A stretch of 36,457 bases of DNA from an uncultured Ferruginibacter sp. (GCA_964491955.1 CAZBIK010000002.1:1-36457); one strand, 5' to 3'; positions 27,740-36,278 are shown, numbered from the stretch's first letter. The notes: a model not told the origin generated them from the sequence alone. Made by a program: numbers and translations.

Positions 27740-29393
27740 GATCTTGTTTTTTATTGTTTTTCATGTGAATGGTTTTACTGCAGGCAGCAGCAAAATCCCG
27801 GTCATTGGAAATAATGAACAGGGTGGTGTCTTTCATTTCCAGCAACAAACTTTTGATTTGCTGCTGGTATTGAGTTTCCAGCCCGTGCCAGGGTTCTTCC
27901 AGCAGCAGCAAAGCGGGTTTGTTGATGAGGGCCCTTACCAGCAGAATTTTGCGTACAACAGTTGCCGGCAGTTTGCGGCCATTTGTATTCAGCAATGTGT
28001 CAAAGCCATTTTTAAGGGTATTTAAAAAATCTGACAACCCTGTTTTCCTGCACAAAAAAATCAGTTCATCCATATCCGGGTCTTCCAGGCCCATGGTGAT
28101 GTTTTCCATAAGGGTACCCTCAAAAATATCCTGCTGGCTTATCAGCACACCCATTTTTTGGCGCAGTTGCTGCAGGTTGTAATTTTTTAAGGGTATTCCG
28201 TTGACCAGGATGTTGCCCTCAAAATTGTCGTACATACCGGTAAGCAGGCGAAGTAAAGAGGATTTGCCGGACCCGTCATTACCTGTGATGCAGACCTTTT
28301 CACCGGGGTTTGCCTCCAGCGAAATATGCTTTACTACCAGGCCTGAACCGGGGTATCCAAACGACAGGTTTTGAATGCTAACAGCCATCCCCCTCTTGTT
28401 TTGCGGGGTATATAAAACAGTGCCTTGTTTTTCGTTTTCCTTATCAGTTACCTGCTCAATCTTTTCAACAGCCGTCAGTACGTCATACACACTGTCGAGG
28501 TTTACGATCAGTTTTTCTACCGAATTGAGAATGGTGAGAATAACAATTTCAGCAGCGATGAACTGGCCAACAGTAAGCTGTTGAGTGATCATTAAATAAG
28601 CACCCATGCTCAGCATGGCTGCTGTGACCAGTACTTTAAATCCAATGAGGGTTTTATACTGGAGCAGCAGCACTTTAAAATGTTCGGTACGGCATTGTAA
28701 ATAGCTGGTTATGTCTGCATCGGATTTTTGCAGGGTAAAATGCTCCGACTTTGAGAATTTCACGGAGCGTATGATCCGCGCCATTTCCTGCAGCCAGGCC
28801 ACTACTTTATATTTATACGTACTTTCTTCAATGCTGGTAAGCAATCCCTTTTTACCGGAAAAATACAGGATGGCATAAACAACCATCAGCAGGACAAGGC
28901 CAAAAGCAATAAATACAGGGTGATAGAATGTCAACAGGATCAATCCAAAAATGATCTGTACAATGGCCAGCGGAAAATCAAGTAAAAGCTTGGCTATTTT
29001 TTTTTGCAGGGTAAGGGTATCAAAAAAGCGGTTCACAAGCTCCGGCAGGTAATAATCATCGATGGCTCCTGCATGTAACTGTGGTATCTTTTGTGCAAAG
29101 CCAAAACCATAGCGTACAAATATTTTTTGCTGAATTTTTTCGATGATGCGCATCTGGTTTACCTGCAGCACACCGCTGACAAATACGCTCAGTACAATAA
29201 ATATGACCAGCAGTACCACGGATGTGGAAATGGTGGCGGTTTGCGCAAACGAGATCAATGCCTGTATACCCACGGGTATCACCAGCATAATGATCCCGTA
29301 TATAATTGCATAAAAATAGATCTGTGATATTTCCTTTTTTTCATCCGATACCAGTTTCAGTATCCTCGAAACAGGATTTAAAGTATGTTTCAT
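27732..29393 (-). CDS. HlyB/type-I-secretion-like ABC transporter (TMD plus NBD, no C39 domain) with degenerate ATPase motifs
   Basis: Probable start ATG 29393 (MKHTLNP); about 6 TM helices, GQFIAAEI, Walker A GNDGSGKS; signature, Walker B and H-loop are atypical. Confidence 0.88.
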   Translation of the reverse strand: MKHTLNPVSRILKLVSDEKKEISQIYFYAIIYGIIMLVIPVGIQALISFAQTATISTSVVLLVIFIVLSVFVSGVLQVNQMRIIEKIQQKIFVRYGFGFAQKIPQLHAGAIDDYYLPELVNRFFDTLTLQKKIAKLLLDFPLAIVQIIFGLILLTFYHPVFIAFGLVLLMVVYAILYFSGKKGLLTSIEESTYKYKVVAWLQEMARIIRSVKFSKSEHFTLQKSDADITSYLQCRTEHFKVLLLQYKTLIGFKVLVTAAMLSMGAYLMITQQLTVGQFIAAEIVILTILNSVEKLIVNLDSVYDVLTAVEKIEQVTDKENEKQGTVLYTPQNKRGMAVSIQNLSFGYPGSGLVVKHISLEANPGEKVCITGNDGSGKSSLLRLLTGMYDNFEGNILVNGIPLKNYNLQQLRQKMGVLISQQDIFEGTLMENITMGLEDPDMDELIFLCRKTGLSDFLNTLKNGFDTLLNTNGRKLPATVVRKILLVRALINKPALLLLEEPWHGLETQYQQQIKSLLLEMKDTTLFIISNDRDFAAACSKTIHMKNNKKQDHE

Positions 29394-29482
29394 TTTAAAA
29401 TTAAAAATTATAAATAAGAGGTTTTGTAAATACAGCAACCGTGTTACTGTAACCCGTTCAACAGAAAGTAAAAACAGCGGGA

Positions 29483-29764
29483 TTACGCCTTATCGGGAGG
29501 AGGCGTTTCAATGGTAAAGTGTACCGGCAGGGCAGAGGAAAGGAAAAGAATGGCCACAGGAGCCAGGTTGTTTTTCGATGGATTTAAAATAAGGCCGGCG
29601 GACAAAAATTCTTTGCCGTTGTCTTTTTTACCGTCCTGGCCATCATAGGCAGTTTTATCAACGCATTTGCAGCTCGTTTCAATATCTGCCATAACCCCGT
29701 TACCTACCGGCAGCACATACAGCGCGGTAACCAGGATCAGTAATATGGATACTATGCGTTTCAT
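29483..29764 (-). CDS. Small membrane-targeted protein, candidate leader/arrest peptide of the ABC-HlyD-TolC operon (uORF-B)
   Basis: 93 aa from ATG 29764: MKRIVSILLILVTALYVLPV signal/TM, CKC, charged linker, C-terminal HFTIETPPPDKA; ends 89 nt before the ABC start. The leader role is inference. Confidence 0.68.
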   Translation of the reverse strand: MKRIVSILLILVTALYVLPVGNGVMADIETSCKCVDKTAYDGQDGKKDNGKEFLSAGLILNPSKNNLAPVAILFLSSALPVHFTIETPPPDKA

Positions 29765-29771
29765 CAGGGCG

Positions 29772-29803
29772 CAAAGAAAATGCGTTTTTACAAATCCAGC
29801 AAA
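29772..29803 (-). promoter_or_regulatory. Candidate promoter for uORF-B and the exporter operon
   Basis: On the - strand TTTG (29803-29800)-N20-TTTCTTTG (29779-29772): consensus spacing, one mismatch to TAnnTTTG, ending 7 nt before the ATG. Confidence 0.45.
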
Positions 29804-29882
29804 TGTCATTTGTAAAAAAAAAGTAAAAATAAACACCGGTGTTTAGTAAAAAACACCGCCAGCATTTTAAAAGTTCAACAAA

Positions 29883-30638
29883 TTAAATATTCAGCCCGCC
29901 ACACACACTGATCACCTGCCCGGTAACATAGCTGCCCATATCGCATGCCAGGAACAGGCAAACATTGGCCACATCTTCTGTGCTGGCAAACCTGTTTAAA
30001 GGAATATCTGCTTTATATTTTTCGGCGCCTTCGCCTTCTTTGAGGTAGCTGGTCATATCGGTTTCTACAAAGCCCGGTGCTACTGCATTGCAGCGGATAT
30101 TGCGGCTTCCCAGTTCTTTGGCAATGCTTTTGGTAAAGCCAAGAATACCGGCTTTGCTGGCAGCATAACTGCTTTGGCCCGCATTGCCCATTTCGCCGAT
30201 CACGCTGCTCATGTTGATGATGCTGCCGCTGCGGGCTTTCATCATGGGCCTGATCACCTGTTTGGTCATATTGAAAACACTTTTCAGGTTCACCTGCATC
30301 ACTTCATCCCATTGTTCGGGTGTCATGCGCAGCAATAAATTATCCTTTGATATGCCGGCGTTGTTTACACAGATATCAATACTTCCAAATGCCGACATCA
30401 CCTCATTCACAAGAATTTCGCAGGCTGCAAAATCCCCGGCATTGCTCTGGTAAGCCTTTGCTTTTACACCATACGCGGTTAGTTTATCTTCCAGTATTTT
30501 CGCTCTTTCAGCACTGCCGTCGCTTATATAGGTAAAAGCCACATTACAGCCCTGTTCAGCAAATTTTAATGCAATGCCTTCTCCTATGCCACGCGCAGCA
30601 CCGGTAATGACCGCATTTTTACCTTCTAATAATTTCAT
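29883..30638 (-). CDS. fabG: 3-oxoacyl-ACP reductase
   Basis: TGAARGIG, NNAGISKDNLLLRM, SSVIGEMGNAGQSSYAASKAG, APGFVETDMT. Confidence 0.93.
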   Translation of the reverse strand: MKLLEGKNAVITGAARGIGEGIALKFAEQGCNVAFTYISDGSAERAKILEDKLTAYGVKAKAYQSNAGDFAACEILVNEVMSAFGSIDICVNNAGISKDNLLLRMTPEQWDEVMQVNLKSVFNMTKQVIRPMMKARSGSIINMSSVIGEMGNAGQSSYAASKAGILGFTKSIAKELGSRNIRCNAVAPGFVETDMTSYLKEGEGAEKYKADIPLNRFASTEDVANVCLFLACDMGSYVTGQVISVCGGLNI

Positions 30639-30686
30639 GGTTTCTGTTTTTTGCCTGATAAGTTAATTAAAAAAGTTATCAATTAT

Positions 30687-32195
30687 TTAAATTTTTATGG
30701 CCAGGATCTCTTCCAGGATCATTCTTTCATTACTGAGCCTCGGCACTTTATGCTGCCCGCCAAGTTTTCCCTTACTGCGCAACCACGCCGTAAATGTACC
30801 CACGGCTAATTTATGTACAATGGGTAAACGCAGGGCAATATTCTTATGGCGTTTGGCCTCGTAATCACTGTTTATATTTTTCAGGCAGCTGTCCAGTTCA
30901 AAAATAAAGGATTCAAAATCATCGGGCTCTTTTTCAAATTCTACCAGCCATTCATGGGCACCATTGCTGTTCTCGGTAAAATAGACCGGGGCTGCGGTAT
31001 AGTCATTCACAACGGCATTGGTCTTTTCGGCGGCCCAGGCTATGGCTTTATCGCTGTTGTCAACGATCACTTCTTCGCCAAATGCATTCATGTAGTGTTT
31101 TAAACGGCCGGTGATCTTTATTTTATATGGATTGATACCGGTAAACTGGATGGTATCACCGATCAAGTAACGCCAAAGCCCACCCGTGGTACTGATCACC
31201 AGGGCATAGTTCTTACCGGTGACCACATCTTTTAACCCAACCGTAACCGGTTTTGTATTTCCATACTCTTCAACCGGCATAAACTCGTAAAAAATACCGT
31301 GTTCTGTAAATAATAACATGCCTTCTTCATCCGGGTTAACCTGTGCTGCTATAAATCCCTCGCTGGCATTATAGATCTCCAGATAATTTATTTTTCCGCC
31401 GATGATCTTTTCAAACTGGTCGCGGTAAGGAAAAAATGAAACGCCGCCATTGATATACAATTCCAGGTTGGGCCAGACTTCTTTAATGGTGGCTTTACCC
31501 TTTATTTCCAGTATACGTTTTAACAGCAGCAATGTCCAGGTAGGGACGCCTGCCAGCGAGGTCACATTTTCTTCTGCTGTGATCTGCGCCAGTTTTTCAA
31601 TTTTGGTTTCCCATTCATCCAGCAGTGCAACGCTTAATTCCGGGGTGCGTATCCATTGGCCCCAAAAAGGCGAGTTCTGCATCAGCACCGCACTCAGGTC
31701 GCCAAACTGGATCTCATCATTTACCTTGCTGATCTGGTGCGAACCGCCCACCACCAGCCCCTTTCCGGTAAGCAATTCGCTGGAAGGGAAATTTTTGTAA
31801 TAATTACTGAGCAGGTCTTTGCTGGCTTTATAATGATTTTCCTGCAGGCTTTCATCGCTGATGGGAATGAATTTGCTTTTGTCGGATGTGGTGCCCGATG
31901 ATTTTGCAAACCAGTTCACAGGGGTGTTCCAGAGGATATTCACTTCGCCATCCATCATCCTGAGTATGTACGGTTTTATATCATCATACTCATGTATGGG
32001 CACATTTTTTTTAAATTCCTTGAGGGTAAACAGTTTTGAAAAGTTGTATTTTCTCCCAAATTCGGTGTATTGGGCTGCGGTAACCAGCTCCTGCAAAACT
32101 TCACGCTGTACGGCTACCGGGTGGTTGCTCCAGTTCTGGATGCGCCACAACCGCATCCGGGCTAATTTAGATATGGCGGAAGAGAGAAGCTTCAT
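30687..32195 (-). CDS. GH3-family (acyl-acid amido synthetase-like) protein
   Basis: AKSSGTTSDKSKFIP, YNASEG, GLWRYLIGD, GGQHKVPRL. Confidence 0.9.
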   Translation of the reverse strand: MKLLSSAISKLARMRLWRIQNWSNHPVAVQREVLQELVTAAQYTEFGRKYNFSKLFTLKEFKKNVPIHEYDDIKPYILRMMDGEVNILWNTPVNWFAKSSGTTSDKSKFIPISDESLQENHYKASKDLLSNYYKNFPSSELLTGKGLVVGGSHQISKVNDEIQFGDLSAVLMQNSPFWGQWIRTPELSVALLDEWETKIEKLAQITAEENVTSLAGVPTWTLLLLKRILEIKGKATIKEVWPNLELYINGGVSFFPYRDQFEKIIGGKINYLEIYNASEGFIAAQVNPDEEGMLLFTEHGIFYEFMPVEEYGNTKPVTVGLKDVVTGKNYALVISTTGGLWRYLIGDTIQFTGINPYKIKITGRLKHYMNAFGEEVIVDNSDKAIAWAAEKTNAVVNDYTAAPVYFTENSNGAHEWLVEFEKEPDDFESFIFELDSCLKNINSDYEAKRHKNIALRLPIVHKLAVGTFTAWLRSKGKLGGQHKVPRLSNERMILEEILAIKI

Positions 32196-32215
32196 TTCAT
32201 CAACAAGATAAATAA

Positions 32216-32977
32216 TTATCGGGCAGCTTCATCATGCAAATAATCCTTACGCTTTAATTCAAAGTTTTTACCCAGGTATAAGCGGCGCACCTGTTCGTTA
32301 TTGGCCAGTTCTTCTGCTGTGCCGTGTGTAAATATTTTTCCATCAATGAGTAAATAAGCCCGGTCGCAGATAGAAAGGGTTTCATTTACATTGTGATCGG
32401 TGATCAGGATACCGATATTCCTGAACTTTAATTTGGCAACGATGGCCTGTATGTCTTCCACGGCAATGGGGTCAACCCCGGCAAAGGGCTCGTCGAGTAA
32501 AATAAATTTGGGGTCTACAGCCAGTGCCCGGGCAATTTCCGTACGGCGCCTTTCGCCCCCGCTTAACGTATCGCCGTTGTTTTTTCGAACCCGCTGCAGG
32601 TTAAATTCATCCAAAAGGGTTTCCAGCTTTTCTTTCTGCTGCTGTTTGTTCAGTTTCGTCATTTCAAGTACCGCAAGTATATTGTCCTCTACGCTCAGTT
32701 TACGAAATACGCTGGCTTCCTGCGGCAGGTAACCGATACCCATTTGAGCCCTTTTGTACATGGGCAGTTTGGTGATGTTGATATCGTTTAAAAAAACCTC
32801 CCCTTCATCCGGCTTAATTAACCCCACCACCTGGTAAAAAGAAGTGGTTTTACCGGCACCGTTGGGGCCCAGTAAACCAACAATTTCGCCCTGTTTTACA
32901 TTAAACGAAACCTTGTTCACAACCGTGCGGCTGCCGTAAACTTTTACAAGGTCCCTGGTTTGTATGGTTAAACTCAA
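32216..32977 (-). CDS. lptB: LPS export ABC transporter ATP-binding protein
   Basis: [64 protein letters not shown] start. Confidence 0.95.
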   Translation of the reverse strand: MSLTIQTRDLVKVYGSRTVVNKVSFNVKQGEIVGLLGPNGAGKTTSFYQVVGLIKPDEGEVFLNDINITKLPMYKRAQMGIGYLPQEASVFRKLSVEDNILAVLEMTKLNKQQQKEKLETLLDEFNLQRVRKNNGDTLSGGERRRTEIARALAVDPKFILLDEPFAGVDPIAVEDIQAIVAKLKFRNIGILITDHNVNETLSICDRAYLLIDGKIFTHGTAEELANNEQVRRLYLGKNFELKRKDYLHDEAAR

Positions 32978-33199
32978 CTGAAGATGTTTTTACAAAAATA
33001 AGCGAACAAAAATAAAGACGGTTATTATAATTGGCCCATTCCCAAATTTGCCGCCGCCCCCTTTATTTTAATTGGGTAGGCAATTGTTTTAAATATGGCC
33101 TTACCCAACGGCAATAAAATCAACAAATAACTGTTATGCATAAGTTTTGTTCTATATTTAATTTCAATTACACCTTAACCAAAACCAAAACCAAACCCA

Positions 33200-33949
33200 A
33201 TGATGAAGAAAAGATCAGCCCTGTTGTTTTTTTTACTAACCTGCAGCACCGTTTCTTTACTGGCGCAGGATGAAGCAGCCGACCCGGCACCTGCAAAGAA
33301 TATGGTTAAACTGAACCTGCCTGCACTCGCTTTAAAAAACATTACCCTGCAGTATGAAAGGGCCGTTGCCAAAAAAGTGACTGTTGCAGGCACTTTCAGG
33401 ATGATGCCCAAAGGAAGCATTCCTTTAAAAAGTACATTTATCAAACTGGCAGACGACCCTGATACGGAGCGCCAGATCAATAACCTGGAAGTGGGCAATT
33501 TTGCCTTTATGCCTGAAGTAAGGTATTACTTCAGTAAAAAAGGGGCTTTCCGCGGTTTTTACCTGGGCCTGTTCGCGAATATTGCCAGTTACAGTGCAAC
33601 CGTTCCCATTGAATATGATAATAACGGAACAACAGAAACCATTCCCATGAGCGGCAAACTTACCGGCATTACCGGTGGATTGATGATCGGCGCACAGTTT
33701 AAGCTGAGTAACAGAATTTACCTGGACTGGTGGATACTGGGACCAAATTACGGAAGTTCAAAAGGAAGCCTGAGCGGGCAAAAAATTATGGATGCACAGG
33801 AGCAGCAGGACCTGAGGGATGAACTGGCAGCCTTAGACATACCGCTCACCAAATTCACCTACAATGTAAACAGTACCGGTGCCACAATGGATTTTAAAGG
33901 CCCATGGGCAGGATTGAGATCAGGCATATGTATTGGTTTCAGGTTTTGA
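33200..33949 (+). CDS. Outer-membrane beta-barrel protein (DUF3575-like)
   Basis: Signal peptide, KNMVKLNL...LQYER, PEVRYYF, RGFYLG, terminal IGFRF (BAM-type aromatic end). Confidence 0.75.
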   Translation: MMKKRSALLFFLLTCSTVSLLAQDEAADPAPAKNMVKLNLPALALKNITLQYERAVAKKVTVAGTFRMMPKGSIPLKSTFIKLADDPDTERQINNLEVGNFAFMPEVRYYFSKKGAFRGFYLGLFANIASYSATVPIEYDNNGTTETIPMSGKLTGITGGLMIGAQFKLSNRIYLDWWILGPNYGSSKGSLSGQKIMDAQEQQDLRDELAALDIPLTKFTYNVNSTGATMDFKGPWAGLRSGICIGFRF

Positions 33950-33971
33950 TCATTTAAATAATAACTGATGG

Positions 33972-34005
33972 AGCCCGTTGAAAATTTTCAACGGGCTTTT
34001 TCTTT
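33972..34005 (+). terminator. Intrinsic terminator
   Basis: Perfect 26-bp palindrome AGCCCGTTGAAAATTTTCAACGGGCT followed by TTTTCTTT. Confidence 0.88.
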
Positions 34006-34107
34006 CAGCACGGCTGAGTGTAATATTCACGAAATCCTGTTTTTAAGATCAAAGCCATTATTTTTATTTAAATTTACTTTCATCGTTTTTTAATTAAATC
34101 AAACCGG

Positions 34108-34734
34108 ATGAAATTGACGCCTTTATTCTCTGCCCTTTGTACGATCATGGCCTTGTGTTTGTTTTGTTCCTGTCAAAAGGAAATTGACGGAACTCTTTTA
34201 GGAACAATTGTACCACCTGCCGAGCAGACCCCCAGGGTTGGTACCACCTGGAAATACCAGTATTATTGGAACAACGGCGCCGGAAACCCAACACATTTTA
34301 AAAATGTATCCCACCGGGCAAAAAGCGAAGAGATCCTTGGTGGAGAAAAATGGCTGAAAATTGTAGATGTGGAAACAGATACAACGGTGTATTACCTGAA
34401 TACAAAACCCGACGGGTTATACCAATATACCAACAGCAACCCATATTTACTTTGTAAATACCCGGCCGCGGTCAATGATTCTTACACTACTTTTAATGGG
34501 GGCGCAACCGAGTTTTTTACAGTAAGGGGGGTAAATGATACCCTGCCAACAGCTTTAGGGGATATACCATTAAGCAGGTATGAAGGAGTGAAGACCGGGT
34601 ATATTATTGATGTACTATGGTATAATAAAAACGCCTGGATAGTCTGGCAACACCAATATAGATTAGTGCCCGTTAGCCCGGCTCCTATATATTACCTGTA
34701 CAGCAGGATGTTTATTGAAAGTATTATTTACTAA
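34108..34734 (+). CDS. Hypothetical lipoprotein
   Basis: Hydrophobic N-terminus with lipobox-like FCSC followed by QKE; beta-rich body (VGTTWKY). Confidence 0.7.
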   Translation: MKLTPLFSALCTIMALCLFCSCQKEIDGTLLGTIVPPAEQTPRVGTTWKYQYYWNNGAGNPTHFKNVSHRAKSEEILGGEKWLKIVDVETDTTVYYLNTKPDGLYQYTNSNPYLLCKYPAAVNDSYTTFNGGATEFFTVRGVNDTLPTALGDIPLSRYEGVKTGYIIDVLWYNKNAWIVWQHQYRLVPVSPAPIYYLYSRMFIESIIY

Positions 34735-34768
34735 CTGCTCCTTATGATCATATCAATATCTACATCGT

Positions 34769-34800
34769 TTTGATAATGTATGCCGGCTTGCTTAAGTTTG
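34769..34800 (+). promoter_or_regulatory. Consensus Bacteroidota housekeeping promoter for metF
   Basis: TTTG (34769-34772)-N20-TAAGTTTG (34793-34800), ending 16 nt before the ATG. Confidence 0.7.
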
Positions 34801-34816
34801 CATTTTAATTGAATTC

Positions 34817-35770
34817 ATGAAAGTAACAGACCACATCAGCCAGGCAAAAGAAACCCTGATCTCTTTTGAGATCCTGCCCCCGCTCAAGGGAAAGGGGATA
34901 CAGTCATTATACCAGCACCTCGATCCCCTGATGGAGTTTAAGCCTGCCTATATCAATGTAACGTATCACCGCAGTGAGCATGTGTTCAAGAAAACGCCGG
35001 ACGGCACTTTCCAGAAAGTGGTGGTGCGTAAACGGCCGGGCACCGAAAGTATTTGTGCCGCCATCATGAATAAATACAGTGTGGATACGGTTCCGCATTT
35101 GATCTGCGGGGGATTTGGGGTTAACGAAACCGAAGATGCGTTGATAAACCTGAATTACCTGGGTATTGATAATGTGCTGGTTTTGCGCGGTGATGCTGCA
35201 AAAAATGAAACGGCTTTTTTACCGGAACCGGGCGGACATGAATATGCCAGCGACCTCCTGCAGCAGGTTGTAAATCTCAATGCAGGAAAATACCTGGAAG
35301 AAGATCTGAAAAATACCAGCCAGACAAAATTCTGTATTGGTGTGGCCGGTTATCCCGAAAAGCATTTTGAAGCGCCCAATATGGAAAGCGACCTGCATTA
35401 TTTAAAAATGAAGGTTGATATGGGTGCCGATTATATTGTAACACAAATGTTCTTCGACAACGAGAAATTCTTTGCTTTTGAAAAGGCCTGCAGGGAAACG
35501 GGAATTACAGTTCCCATCATTCCGGGGCTGAAACCCATTTATACAAAAAAGCAGTTAACGGTTCTGCCTAAAATTTTTCACATAGACCTGCCTGCAGCTT
35601 TGAGCAAGGAGATCATTAAATGCAAAACCGATGATGAAGTGGAACAGGTAGGAACTGCCTGGTTACTGCAGCAGTCGCAGGAGTTAAAAAAATCAGGGGT
35701 GCCGGTATTGCATTATTATACATTGGGCAGGCCCCATATTGTTGCCAACGTGGTAAAGGAAATTTCATAA
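34817..35770 (+). CDS. metF: 5,10-methylenetetrahydrofolate reductase
   Basis: SFEILPP, INVTY, VPHLICGG, LRGD, VAGYPEKH, KVDMGADYIVTQMFFD, LHYYTL. Confidence 0.96.
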   Translation: MKVTDHISQAKETLISFEILPPLKGKGIQSLYQHLDPLMEFKPAYINVTYHRSEHVFKKTPDGTFQKVVVRKRPGTESICAAIMNKYSVDTVPHLICGGFGVNETEDALINLNYLGIDNVLVLRGDAAKNETAFLPEPGGHEYASDLLQQVVNLNAGKYLEEDLKNTSQTKFCIGVAGYPEKHFEAPNMESDLHYLKMKVDMGADYIVTQMFFDNEKFFAFEKACRETGITVPIIPGLKPIYTKKQLTVLPKIFHIDLPAALSKEIIKCKTDDEVEQVGTAWLLQQSQELKKSGVPVLHYYTLGRPHIVANVVKEIS

Positions 35771-35776
35771 AAAAAC

Positions 35777-35809
35777 AAAACCCCCCGTTTTCCGGGGGGT
35801 TTTTATTTT
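35777..35809. terminator. Bidirectional terminator between metF and the porin-like gene
   Basis: AAAACCCCCCG-TTTTC-CGGGGGGTTTT with A-runs on the left and T-runs on the right. Confidence 0.88.
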
Positions 35810-35866
35810 CATAGGGGAAATTACTTTCCCGGGAGGATTATTATTTTCATAGGGAAATTACTTTCC
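35803..35866. repeat. Direct repeat of 26/27 bp, two copies
   Basis: TTATTTTCATAGGGGAAATTACTTTCC (35803-35829) and TTATTTTCATAGGGAAATTACTTTCC (35841-35866). Confidence 0.85.
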
Positions 35867-36278
35867 TAAAGGGATACCTACTGAAAAACTAAGTGTACGG
35901 TACTTGTTTTTGTCATCAGCAGTATTGTTGCTTTCGGTTGAATTTATTTTTGTAAGACCCAGGCCATAATTGGCCTTCAACATGATACGGCCAAACTGAA
36001 CACCGCCACCAAAATTCAGCCCCACATCAAAACGCTTTAACCTGTCGTAACCGGCATCTTCCTCTTCCGAGGTAAATGGATCGTCGTTGCTGAATTTGAT
36101 ATTGCTTGTTGAAGAAGCCATAAGGGGTCCGAATTTAGACTCCTGCCTTGATTTGCCCCCAATACCAACGGCTACATACGGGCCGGCATTGAAAAATACA
36201 TTGGATCCTTTTTCCAGGGGGATCATTACCACGGCATTTACCGGCATTTCAATATACAGCGGGTTGAACTTCGTTTTG
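35858..36278 (-). CDS. C-terminal part of a Bacteroidota porin-family (OMP beta-barrel) protein; 5' part missing
   Basis: PLYIEMPVN, FFNAGPYVAVGIGGK, RFDVGLNFGGG, NYGLGLTKI, RTLSFSVGIPL; no signal peptide because the upstream sequence switches to unrelated DNA. Confidence 0.8.

Noticed and set aside
29765..29836. Extended N-termini from the ORF caller (29836, 29438, 24214, 13299, 11400)
   Set aside because: Downstream ATGs (29764, 29393, 24304, 13362, 11490) give proper signal peptides or avoid overlaps with neighbouring genes, promoters or terminators.
17014..29836. The carbon-uptake/exporter block as a mobile island
   Set aside because: No integrase, transposase, tRNA or flanking direct repeats were seen. 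The sulP gene looks somewhat AT-richer by eye, but this was not quantified.
33177..33200. AACCAA-type short tandem repeat before the DUF3575-like gene as a phase-variation tract
   Set aside because: Only 3-4 imperfect units outside the CDS; consistent with the A-rich translation initiation regions of Bacteroidota.
34735..34816. SAM riboswitch upstream of metF
   Set aside because: The consensus promoter ends 16 nt before the ATG, leaving no room for an aptamer, and no SAM-I/II motif was recognised.
240..35098. Many short antisense or alternate-frame ORFs in the track (e.g. 1284..2054, 7337..7837, 9516..10139, 15221..15697)
   Set aside because: They lie within well-supported genes and have no recognisable motifs; treated as shadow ORFs.
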